64,000 nt of DNA from Scyliorhinus canicula. Taxonomy: Eukaryota. How positions within the stretch are numbered: the stretch's first letter is position 1; the number at the start of each line of letters is the position of its first letter. The DNA lies in NCBI RefSeq assembly GCF_902713615.1, contig NW_024055461.1:4102940-4166939 (forward strand). Reading direction: 5' to 3'. Below, in pieces: positions 34,150 through 46,003 of the stretch. Under the pieces are notes generated by a model. That model ran no database searches. It worked only from the letters and a program-made list of their open reading frames with translations, and was not told the DNA's origin. The translations under genes and the position numbers were made by a program.

Positions 34150-34730
34150 CGGCCGGAGCAGGGTCAGACTGGCTTCGAATACATAAATGCATAGAAACAT
34201 ATAATCTGGTATACTGATAATCATAGAGACCGGCTCCAGTGTATCAATAACAGAGACTGCCAGGCCCGGGCTCAGTCTGGGATCTGGTATAATAATAATC
34301 ATAGAGACAGGCTCCAGTGTATCAATAAAAGAGGCTGCACGGCCCGGGGTCAGACTGGGGTCTGGTATAATAATAATCACAAAGACCGGCTCCAGTGTAT
34401 CAATAACAGGGACTGCTGGGCCCCGGGTCAAACTGGGGTCTGGTATAATAATAATCACAGAGACCGGCTCCAGTGTATCAATAACAGAGACTGCCGGGCC
34501 CAGGGTCCGACTGGGGTCTGGTATAATAATAATCACAGAGACCGGCTCCAGTGTATCAATAACAGAAACTGTCAGGCCCGGGGTCAGACTGGGGTCTGGT
34601 ATAATAATAATCACAGAGACAGGCTCCAGTGTATCAATAACAGAGACTGCCGGGCCCGGGGTCAGACTGGGGTCAGGGATAATAATAATCACAGAGACCG
34701 GCTCCAGTGTATCAGTAACAGTGACTGGGG
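34150..34730. repeat. 78-bp minisatellite, ~7 copies
   Basis: GGCTCCAGTGTATC recurs at 34232, 34310, 34388, 34466, 34544, 34622 and 34700 (exact period 78). Confidence 0.95.
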
Positions 34731-35081
34731 ATAATCATCGATGATGAAGCAGGGGACCTCATGAACGGCTGATTTTAATAGGAAGTGAAACTGTCAGAAA
34801 GCAATGATACTGAGGGCCTCAGCCTGTGCTTCGGTGTCATGGTGAGTGACAGGAATGTGTGTGTGATAAAAGCGAATTGGAAACGTTAATGAGTGAGGTG
34901 CGTGTGATTGGCCCCACCTGGGATATTTTCTACCCAATGGGAGGATAATTATGGCAGACTCTACAATGGCGCCTCTGTCAGGGGAAACGAAAACATCTGT
35001 TTTTTCTCATTCTGAGCAACAGTTCTCCATTTACACAGATGTGCAAGAGCCAGTTCCCGCAGTTTCTGGTCAATATTTCAT

Positions 35082-35304
35082 TTTATAAATTTAGAGCACG
35101 CAGTTATTTTTTTCCAATTAAGGGGCAATTTAGCGTGGCCAATCCGCCTATCCAACACATATTTTGGTTGTGGTGGTGAATCACACGCAGACACGGGGAG
35201 AATGTGCAAACTACACAGGGGCAGTGACCCAGGGTCGGGATCGAACTCGGGTCCTCAGCGCCGTGGGCAGCAGTGCTAACCACTGCACCACCACTGTGCC
35301 GCCC
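35082..35304 (-). mobile_element. Short HE1-related SINE
   Basis: tRNA-like head on the minus strand; similar to 59205-59410. Confidence 0.8.
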
Positions 35305-36649
35305 TAGCTTATGGCGACTTATGTTTAAATAATCAAATTGGGACACAAAGACTAAAAGCCAAAACCTCATCGCAGGCAGAATTAGTGCCACAAATGTTAA
35401 AGATAATTGTTGTTTTTTTGAACAAATTATTTTGTCCAAAGTAGTGGATTGTAAACAACAACGACCCTGTTAAAGATTCGTGGGAATTATCTACACACAC
35501 CCAGGTACTGTCAGAAGACAGGAATAGCACAAGAGCAAAGCTGTACAATGATTGCATTTTATTCGGCCTCAATGAAGGACAGGGGTAGATACAGAAAAGG
35601 TTCCGGGAAAATGATTATTGATGGGCCATCCAACGGGTCCCATTGCCTCTCATCCTTCAAATCTTAATACTTTAATATTTATCGATTATTTTCCAAAGAT
35701 GCTATTAAATCTGATTCCATCATACTTTCCAGACCTGTGTTCGAGTTTATAACAACTCTCTGTGTAAAAACAATCCGCCTGTTCAATACAGTAAATCTGT
35801 GTCCTCTGGTTAAATACACTCCAGCCAGTTGCAATAGTTTCTCTCTAATTACTTGATTCAAACCTTCATGATTTTCTTTCGCAGTTTTATTAAATAGACA
35901 CACATAAAGATGGAGAAAGATACAGAGAGAGAGTCAGAGTGAAACTGACCGAATAAATTAGAAAGAGAGAAGCGGCTTTGAGAGATAAAGGCTGAGAAAC
36001 AGTAAAAACAAATTGCTCGCAGAGAGGGAGAATGATAAAATAGTGAAAGGGAGCAAGATATATTTCCCTGGCTTCAGAGAACCGGGGAAACTCAGTGACT
36101 GATCCACTGACCATCCAATCATGCCCTGGAATGGAAGCTTTGAACAGATCACAACCGGCTCATTTGTAAATGTCACCACAATGTGATCTGTGTGACTCTG
36201 CCCTGACTCTGTGGACAGATATAGGCTGCACTGACAGATGTTCTCACCAGATTGTGGTCCCTGGATTTATTTTCTGCTCAGAAGTGAGATGTGCGGTTTG
36301 GAATCGGCAGCAGAGAAACAGGAAGTTGTGTTTCCTGAGAATGAAACAGCAGGCGTCAGTTTCATGTTATCACCGTGAACAGTCTTCCTGCCTGTGAGGG
36401 TGAACTCACTCTGACAGCATCAAGAATACCCACACAGATTGCTGCCGGTCTCAGCATTACATTCATCCCCATTCCTTTAAAAAAGTTGGATTATTTGTTT
36501 AGAAACACAGTAACCGATCGGGAGATGCACAGATGATCTTCACTGGTCATAATACCAATAATCTGGAGAGAAGGGGGAAATTAAAACAACAATCTGTTAA
36601 CAGAGGTTATACTAAAGTAGAAAGTTTGAAGTCACTTGATGTCTGAGAG

Positions 36650-36765
36650 CGAGAGAGCGAGAGCTGGACAGAAAGAGAGCGTGCGAGAGAAAGGGGGGCG
36701 CGGAGGGGGGGGGGGGGGAGAGAGAGAGAGAGGGGGAGAGAGTGAGAGGCGGGGGGAGAGAAAGG
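36650..36765. repeat. GA/G-rich low-complexity tract
   Basis: (GA)n with G-runs. Confidence 0.85.
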
Positions 36766-37244
36766 AGGTTAAGTGAATGAGCTAGTGCCTTTCTGGTACA
36801 GAATTTTCCTCTGATGAAGTTTTAGTGCTTCATTTTTTTAGACATGAAGTGCCTTCAACAAAAAGGATTTAAACACTAGGTGCCTGACCCGGCTGCTGTG
36901 TGCCTGTGTAAGTGAGTTAAGAGTGAGAGAGAAAAGCGGGAACAACTGATTTAGATACAGCCTGAGACAGAGAAAGCGAGGTGAACCGATATGTAAGTAA
37001 TTTGAAATATATATTTGCCTTTTCAATGGAATGAACAGCTTGACATTACTGCATAGATCACTCAAGACCAGTAAATACTGAGTGCAGCATAGGATCTGGA
37101 AGGTAATCTCAATAAAATGTCGTCATGTGCTGAAAAATAATTGCAATTATTGGCAACGCCATTTGCAAACAATGAATAATGATGTTGTGTTCCAGACTAA
37201 CCGGCCCTTATGGACATACAGGCACACACATAGGCACACATATC

Positions 37245-37246
<2 letters not shown>

Positions 37247-37280
<34 letters not shown>

Positions 37281-37290
37281 TACACACACA
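37247..37290. repeat. (CA)n microsatellite
   Basis: Direct observation. Confidence 0.95.
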
Positions 37291-38148
37291 ATTTCAGATT
37301 CTGTCTCTCACAATCAGTGGCCACACCAAAAGCAAACAGAAATCCACTCAGCAAAAAGTGTGAAAGACAATTCGGACCATGAAAGGAAACAGTAGGTAGT
37401 TGCCACAGATTTACACAAATCTGAATTATCATACATACCACAATGGAGTTTGTGACTGTGTTATGCAATGTGAAATTCAATATGGCTCCTGTGTTTCTGT
37501 TCCTCAGTCTGGTGATGAAGTGAATGGCACAAGATTCACTCTGATCTTTCAGCAAAATATTACACACCCATTACCAGACCAATCACACAACACCAAATAG
37601 CTATTCATTATGCTTTTGTAAGTGAAATAAGTCTGAGAGAGGACAGAGAGATTAATCAATATACGTGTAGTCTGTAACAGAGATGAGAACAGATCGGCAG
37701 TAGTTTTAAAGATGTATTTGCCTTTGCAACGAACGTCCATCACAGCTAATAGTTATTAACACGACAAAATGTATTCTTCCAAAGTGAGTGTCACAAGTCA
37801 TTGGCGCAGTGGTATTTTAGCTGGACTAGTAATCCAGAGACCCAGAGTCAAGCTCTGGGGACCCGGGCTCCCACCACGGCAGGTGGTGAAATTTCAATCA
37901 AGAAAGATCTGGAATTAAAAGTCTAATGATGACCATGCAACCAACGTTCTGTGTAATCAATACCCATCTGGCTCACTGATGGCCTTCAGGGAAGGACACC
38001 TGTCGCTCTTAACTAGTCTGGTCTACATATAACTCCTGATGACTCCACAGCAATGTGGTTGACTCTTAAATGCCCTCAGGGATGTGTAAGAACTGCAGGA
38101 TCAGCCAGCGACATCCACATACCATAAATGAATAAAAAGTATTTAGTA

Positions 38149-38343
38149 NNNNNNNNNNNNNNNNNNNNNNNNNNNNNNNNNNNNNNNNNNNNNNNNNNNN
38201 NNNNNNNNNNNNNNNNNNNNNNNNNNNNNNNNNNNNNNNNNNNNNNNNNNNNNNNNNNNNNNNNNNNNNNNNNNNNNNNNNNNNNNNNNNNNNNNNNNNN
38301 NNNNNNNNNNNNNNNNNNNNNNNNNNNNNNNNNNNNNNNNNNN
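38149..38343. other. Assembly gap (195 N)
   Basis: Run of N; both flanks are repeats. Confidence 1.
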
Positions 38344-38960
38344 ATTTGATTCATTTACGGGACATGGGGCCATTGATTGGGTCAGCAATAATGGCCCATT
38401 CCTAGTTGCCATTCAGAAGGTGGCGGTGAGCTGCCTTCTTGAATCGCTGAAGTCTCTGATATGCAGTTACACCCATACTCGTATTAGCGAGAGAACTCCA
38501 GTATTTTCACCCAACCATAGTGAAGGAACGGTGATATATTTGCAAGTCAAGATGGTAACAGACTTGGAGAGGAACCTCCAGATGGCATTAATCCAAAGTA
38601 TCTGCTGCTCTTGTCCTTGTTGGTAGTTGTTGCCACTGGTCTGGTAGGTGCTGAATATGAAACCTTGATTAGTTCCAACAGTAAATCTTGTGGATGGCAA
38701 CAATCAAGCGACTGATATTTCCTGGATGGTGTAAAGCTTCTTGAGATTTGTTGAAGCTGCACTCCAGACAAGTGGAGAGTATTCCATCACACTTCTGACC
38801 TTTGCCTTGCAAATGATGGACAGGCTTGGGGCAATCGGGATGTGAGTTACTCGCTGTAGGATTCCTAGCCTTTGAACTGCTCTGGCAGCCACAGCATTCG
38901 TCTGGCTTGTCCAGTTCAGTTTCCGGTCAATGACAGCCCCCAGGATGTTGATTGTGCGGT
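38344..38960 (-). mobile_element. Non-LTR RT 3' fragment (L2/CR1 superfamily)
   Basis: ORF 38704-38892 QRLGILQRV...KAKVRSVMEYSPLVW. Confidence 0.8.
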
Positions 38961-39124
38961 AATCAATGAAAATAAATCTGTTGCATTATTCTGTTGGGTA
39001 GGAACGTTTGTTATACAAAGTGAGACACAGAAGACTTCAGCCGTGAATGAAACAGTAACAAAATAATATCAGAGAGTGGACGTCACATAGTATAAAAGGA
39101 AGGTCGGCAGGAAGAGGAAAATCG

Positions 39125-41168
39125 ACCGTGGAGATCTAAGGAAATAAGGGAGAGTATCAAATTGAAGGAAAAGGCATAGAAAGTGGCAAAGATTAGTGGG
39201 AGACTAGAGGACTGGGAAATCTTTCGGGGGCAACGGAATGCTACTAAAAAAGCTATAAAGAAGAGTAAGATAGATTATGAGAGTAAACTAGCTCAGAATA
39301 TGGTAACAGACAGTAAAAGTGTCTTCAAATATATAAAACAAAAAAGAGTGGCTAAGGTAAATATTGGTCCTTTAGAGGATAAGAAGGGGGTTTTAATAAT
39401 GGGAGATGGGGAAATGGCTGAGGAACTGAACAGGTTTTTTGGGTCGGTCTTCACAGTGGAAGACACAAATAACATGCCAGTGACTGATGGAAATGAGGCT
39501 ATGGCAGGTGAGGACATGGAGATGATTGTTATCACTAAGGAAGTAGTGATGGCAAGCTAATGGAGCTAAAGGTAGACAAGTCTCCTGTCCCTGGTGGAAT
39601 ACATCACAGAGTGCTAAAATAGATGGCTAGGGAAATTGCAAATGCACTAGTGATAATTTACCAAAATTGACGAGACTCTAGGGTAGCCCCGGCGGATTGG
39701 AAATGAGCAAACGTGACAGCACTGTTTAAAAATGTAGGTAGGCAGGGAGCGGGTAATTATAGGCCAGTTAGCTTAACTTCGGTCGTAGGGAAGATGCTAG
39801 AATCTATCATCAAGGAAGAAATAGCGAGGCATCTGGATGGAAATTGTCCCATTGGGCAGACGCAGCATGGGTTCATAAAGGGAAAGTTGTTCCTAACTAA
39901 TTTAGGGGAATTTTTTGAGGGCATTACCAATGCGGTAGATAACGGGGAGCCCATGGATGTGGTATATCTGGATTTCCAGAAAGCCTTTGACAAGGTGCCA
40001 CACAAAAGAGATCTGCATCAGATAAAGATGCATGGCATTAAGAGTAAAGTAGTAGCATGGATAGAGGATTGGTTAATTAATAGAAAACAAAGAATGGGGA
40101 TTAATGGGTGTTTCTCTGGTTGGCAATCAGTAGCTAGTGGTGTCCCTCAGGGTTCAGTATTGGGCCCACAATTGTTCACAATTTACATAGATGATTTGGA
40201 GTTGGGGACCAAGGTTATTGTGTCCAAGGTTGCAGACAACACTAAGATGAGTGGTAAAGCAAAAGGTGCAGAGGATACCGGAAGTCTGAAGAGGGATTTG
40301 GATAGGTTAAGTGAATGGGCTAGGGTCTTGCAGATGGAATACAATGTTGACAAATGTGAGGTTATCCATTTTGGTAGGAATAATAGCAAAAGGGATTATT
40401 ATTTAAACAATAAAATATTAAAACATGCCGCTGTGCAGAGAGACCTTGGTGTGCTCGTGCATGCGTCGCAAAAAGTTGGTTTACAGGTGCAACAGGTGAT
40501 TAAGAAGGCAAATGAAATTTTGTCCTTCATTGCTAGAGGGATGGAGTTTAAGACTAGGGAGTTTATGCTTCAATTGTATACGGTGTTAGTGAGGCCACAC
40601 CTGAAGTATTGTGTTCAGTTTTGGTCTCCTTACCTGAGGAAGGACGTATTGGCGCTGGAGGGTGTGCAGAGGAGATTTACTAGGTTAATCCCAGAGTTGA
40701 AGGGGTTGGATTATGAGGAGAGGTTGAGTAGACTGGCACTGTACTCGTTGGAATTTAGAAGGATGCGGGGGATCTTATAGAAACATTTAAAATTATGAAG
40801 GGAATAGATAGGATAGATGCTGGCAGGTTGTTTCCACTGGCGGGTGAAAGCAGAACTAGGGGACATAGCCTCAAAATAAGGGGAAGTAGATTTAGGACTG
40901 AGTTTAGGAGGAACTTCTTCACCCAAAGGGTTGTGAATCTATGGAATTCCTTGCTTAGTGAAGCAGTTGAGGCTCCTTCATTAAATGTTTTTAAGATAAT
41001 GATAGATCGTTTTTTGAAGAATAATTGGATTAAGGGTTATGGTGTTCGGGCCGGAAAGTGGAGCTGAGTCCACAAAAGATCAGCCATGATCTTATTGAAT
41101 GGCGGAGCAGGCTCGAGGGGCCAGATGGCCTACTCCTGCTCCTAGTTCTTATGTTCTTACGTTCTTAT
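39125..41168 (+). mobile_element. 5'-truncated CR1 LINE with RT domain
   Basis: ORFs 39183-39560, 39713-40780 (NYRPVSLTSVVGK, YLDFQKAFDKVPH, GVPQGSVLGP, KVADNT) and 40795-41067; TTCTTATG-type tail. Confidence 0.95.
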
Positions 41169-43339
41169 AAATGGAGATTTGATTCATTTTTACAAATGCT
41201 TGCAAATTGTCACGGCTAGCATGTCCAGCAGCATAGATTCATGCATCAATTAATTAATCTGCATATAATGTAATTTTAACAGATACAAAATCTTATGCAA
41301 TAATGATTAAAGAAGAGTCAATTGAAGTAGAGAGAGGTGTTGCTCAGTGCATTTCAGAATGCGACTGCAGCTGTTTGTTAAAACAGTAAACACAGTCTCA
41401 TGCAGTCATAACTGAGAATGGGCAAATTGTAGTATGTATAGAAACATGGTCCTTCTTATTCAAATGTTAACTGCAGAGAGCATTACATACACAGATACAA
41501 TGCTAAGGGAAAGATAAAACGAAACATGGCCCTGTACAATCATTCCAGGGACAAGACCCAGGGTAATAAAATGTTTTGCACGGTTAGGTATAGTGACAAC
41601 TGAAGCGGGGATGAATGTCATACTACAAAACACAATGTGCAATAAAATATAAATAAAAACATGGTCTAACTACAAGTAAAAGCTCAACTAGAGTAAATGA
41701 TAGAAGCCACAGAAGCATGATCTAATACAGGGTAAATATTCATAATAGCGGAGACAGGGTGTGCAGCAATGATTAATGGAGGGGAGTCCAGAATCGAGGT
41801 CACAGCCTCAGGATATGGATCAGGAGAAATCTATTGGCCTAGAGTGGTGAGCCTGTGGAATTCTCTACCACACAAAACAGTTGAGGCAAAACTTTGTATG
41901 TTTGCTGGAAGGAATTATATATAGTTCTTGTGGTTATAGGCATCAAAGGATATGGAAGGAAAGCGAGAACAGTTTACTGAGTTGGACGATCAGCCATGAT
42001 TATAATGAATAGAAGAGCAAGTTCAAGAGGCCGAACGGCCTACTCCTTCACCTATTGCCTATGCTTCTATACTTCTATGTTTCAAAGTAATGCAGCAAAG
42101 CCTAAATTCTATATAAACTGAAACAGGATCTAGTACAGTAATTCCTGATACGGGTTCTAGATTAATATAAACTGAGACAGGGGCGCGTGCAGTGATTTCT
42201 GATAGGGGTCTAGAGTAATGTAACTTTAGACAGGGTTCTAGAGCATTAATTGCTGATAGAGTGTCGCGATTATTATAAAGTGAGACAGATTCTAGTGCCG
42301 TAATTATTGATGCAGTGTCTAGATTAACGTAAACCGTGATAAGGTCTGCAGTGATTACTGATTCAGGGTATACATTCGGACAAAGCGAGACAGGTTCGAT
42401 TGGAGTGTCGGCCCAAGATTAATGTTAGTCAATGTAGGGCCGAATGTGGTGTTCACCTTTGCACGCTTGAGATTATATACATTAAGACATATGTGTTTTT
42501 TTTCTGAGTGTTTGTGTGTGTGTGGACATTTTCACACCAAAAGCTTGCAGAAACAGTTCCTTTGTTTTATACACCAATTAATGGGACGGAGTATGGTGAA
42601 CTTTGCTCTCCACATACTCTGCGTTTTTCGTGCCCTGCAAGTATCTGATGGTACAGCGTAGAGGAAGCTTTACTCTCTTTCTTAAGTGTGCTTTACCTGT
42701 CCTTCACATGTTAGATGGCGGATATTGTGGAGGGGGCTTTACTCTGTACTGTCCCTGTACTTCGAGTATTTGCGGGGAGATTGTTAAGGGACGTTAATGC
42801 TCAGTAACAGAATCTTTACTGTTGGTGCCCTGGGAGTATATAATGCGACAGGGTTCAGGATGCTTTATTCTTTATCGAAACCTGTGATGCATTTGCCCTG
42901 AGAGTGTTTGGTGGATCAGTGTGCAGGAAGGTTTGCTCTGTATACAACCCTGTACTATACCTGAACTGCGAGAATTTGATGAAATAGTTCAGGCAAGGAG
43001 AGCGTTACTAAACCTGTCCTTGGAATTCTGATGGGATGCAGCGAATGGAAAGGCCTGGGACTAATGTCTTAATATCTGTGTCATATTTGAAAAGTGAGCA
43101 AAACTGATGCTCATGTGATGAAAGTCGCAGGAGCAGAATGTGTACAAAAGTGACCAAGGGACAGTTGTGAACAATTGTTTCAGATTGGGTGGGGTACAGA
43201 GTGCTATTCTCCAGTGGGTAATATTAGCAGCTTTTTCTGTTATATATTAATAGACAGGACTCGGGACTAGGGTTCACAGGACAGCAATTGAAAAGTTGCA
43301 TCTGTCTCCCAAATTGACAATGTAGTGGATTACACACAT

Positions 43340-43795
43340 AGATACATAGAAGTTAGGGGCACGAGGAGGCCTTTTGGCCCTTCGAGCCTGCTCTGCCATT
43401 TATCACGATCATGGCTGATCATCCAACTCAATAGCCTCATCCTGCTTTCTCCCCATAGCTTTCATCCCATTCTCCCCAAGTGCTATATCTAGCCGCCGTT
43501 TGAATATATTCAATGTTTTAGGACCAACTTTTTCCTGTGGTAATGAATTCCACAGGCTCATCACTCTTTGGGTGAAGAAATGTCTCCTCATCTCTGTCTG
43601 AAATGGTTTACCCTGAATCCTCTGACTATGACCCCTGGTTCTGGACACACCCATCAGTGGTAACATCATCCCTGCATCTACACTGTCTAGTCCTGTTAGA
43701 ATTTTATAAGTCTCTATGAGATCCCCACTCATTCTTCTGAACTCCAGCGAGAACAATCCTAACGTAGTCAATCTCTCCTCATATGATAGTCCCGC
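43340..43795 (-). mobile_element. CR1 3' fragment
   Basis: ORF 43409-43771 LGLFSLEFRRMSGDLIETYKIL. Confidence 0.9.
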
Positions 43796-44462
43796 CGTCC
43801 GTGGTGTTGTAACAAGGATGCGTCCAGCCTAGGCTGCAACAGGTCACTGGCTTTTTCATGTACACAGGCAGATAGGTGGCAGATAAAATTCAATACTGAG
43901 AAGCGATGCATTTAAACTAAATTTTGCGGGGCGGGGGGTCGTTTGTATGAAAAATTGGAAGACCAAAGTTAAAAGAGAAGGTGAGAGTGCAGGTTTATGA
44001 TCAAGACATTAACCGAGTAAAACGGGCTGAGGGCTCAGGAGAGGTTAGAAAAGTTTCCTGAACACTTGCTCGAGTAGGGAGTATGGAAAGTGGCAGGTAT
44101 GCAACTTCAGGCACAGCAGAAAACTGGAGAACGATGAGAAGGGGTGGTCAACGCAGAATTGAGGGTGTTTTACCGAAATGTGCGGAGTATATGGAACAAG
44201 GTAAATTACCTCATTGGACACATTGAAATTGGCCGGTACGATGTTGTGGACATCACAGAGACGTGGCTGCGAGGGGATCAGTGCTGAGATCTAAATATCC
44301 AAGGATATGTGTCTTGTTCCGGTGGCAGTTATGCAGCAATAAGCCACACATGTGGGAGCTCCCGTTTTAAAGAGATTTTTCGGCTCTTTTAGAGCCCAAA
44401 ACGGAAATTTTTCGACGTCTCCCGGTGGGGGAAGGTGTGCTGAACGACTTTCCCTGCAGTCC

Positions 44463-45308
44463 ATGCCTCGAACTCGGAGTGGAAAGGTGGAAAAAACAGC
44501 AGCAGCTCCTCAGAAAAAACGGGGGAAGGGATCCAAGATGGCCACCGACAGAGCTCCAGGGGAATGGAGACTCTGGGCCCAGGAACAACAAACTGATCTC
44601 CTGCGCTGCTTTAAAGAATTCAAGGATGAAGTACTGAGCTCTCTGCAGGAAACAAACAGAAGGCTGTCAGAGATTCAGTCCACCCAGGGTGCTGCCATCA
44701 AGAAGTTGCAGACGCAGGCCATTGAACGAGAGGAGGAGGCCGTGGTCCTCGTGAGTAAGGTGGAGGGGCACGAAGCACTCCACAAGAAGTGGCAGGAACG
44801 CTTCGAGGAGCTGGATCACCGCATGAGGCGGAAAAACCTGCGGATCTTGGGCCTTGCGGAGGGGCTGGAGGGATCGGACCTGACAGCCTATGTGGCTGTA
44901 ATGCTGGGTTCGCTAGTGGGGGCCGGGTCTCTCCATCTGCCCCTGGAGCTGGAGGGAGCACACAGAGTACTGGCCAGGAGGCCTAAGGAGAATGAACCCC
45001 CGCGTGCGGTGCTGGTGAGGTTCCACCGGTTCAGTGATCGGGACTGCGTGCTGCGCTGGGCCAAGAAGGTGAAGAGCAGCAATTGGGAGAATGGGGTAGT
45101 GCGGATCTACCAGGACTGGAGTGCGGAGGTGGCTAAGCGGCGGTCCGGATTTAATCGGATGAAAGAGGTGCTTTATAGAAAAAAGATAAAGTTCGGAATG
45201 TTGCCGCCCGCGCGCCTGTGGGTAACTTATTCGGACCGGGACTATTATTTCGATTCCCCGGAGGAGGCGTGGGCCTTCGTGCGGATGGAGAAACAGGACT
45301 TGAACTAG
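44463..45308 (+). CDS. L1 ORF1 (coiled coil, RRM and CTD-like)
   Basis: Uninterrupted frame containing RRKNLRILGLAEG, AHRVL..RPRAVLVRF, RIYQDWSAEV and PARLWV; start codon choice inferred. Confidence 0.85.
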   Translation: MPRTRSGKVEKTAAAPQKKRGKGSKMATDRAPGEWRLWAQEQQTDLLRCFKEFKDEVLSSLQETNRRLSEIQSTQGAAIKKLQTQAIEREEEAVVLVSKVEGHEALHKKWQERFEELDHRMRRKNLRILGLAEGLEGSDLTAYVAVMLGSLVGAGSLHLPLELEGAHRVLARRPKENEPPRAVLVRFHRFSDRDCVLRWAKKVKSSNWENGVVRIYQDWSAEVAKRRSGFNRMKEVLYRKKIKFGMLPPARLWVTYSDRDYYFDSPEEAWAFVRMEKQDLN

Positions 45309-46003
45309 GGGTTGGGGGTTGCGAGGTCGGCTGTAAGATATTAGTGCTGGATTCGGCTGTTGCTGTGTTCTCTTTTTCTTCTGTTTTTTTCTTCTTGTTT
45401 TAGTACTGTTGTAATTTTGATATGGTTATTTACGGGGGGGTTGTTCTGCTATGTTTTTGTTTTTGTGCTTGGGGCATTGTTTGGGCTGTGTATCTTGCGG
45501 GGAGAGTCGGGGGGGTATGTTGTATTCTACGTCGGAGTGGGGGTATGGAGGGGGGCTGATATTTGGGAGCTGCGTCAGAAGGGTGTGGTGGGGCAGGGCG
45601 AAAGCGCGGGCTTTCCTCTGGTTTCCCGCGCTGCGGGGCTGGGGGGGCGGAGATGGTGACGGGGGAGGTGGGGCCTTAACTGGTTCTTCCCCGCGCTGGA
45701 GCGGTGCCAGGAGGAGGGATAGATTGGGGGATGATCCCACTTCGGGAGGGGTCGGGCTATTGACGGGAGTTTCCGGGGTCAGCAGAAGTTAGCTGACCCA
45801 CGGAAGTACAATGGTGGACGGTTCGTGGCTGGGAGGGTTCCTAGCCTGGGGGGGAAGGGAGGGGGGGAAAGGGGAATACCGGGTTGCTGCTGGTAGGGTC
45901 AAGAAGGAGCTGGTGGGGGCTGGGGGGACAGAGGTGAGGGGTTGTCGCTATGGGGACGGGGTCGAGCAGGGGACGCTGGCCTGGGGCGGGCAGTCGACGG
46001 GCT

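Noticed and set aside
34150-34730. CRISPR-like array
   Set aside because: The whole 78-bp unit repeats with no unique spacers, there are no cas genes, and the context is vertebrate.
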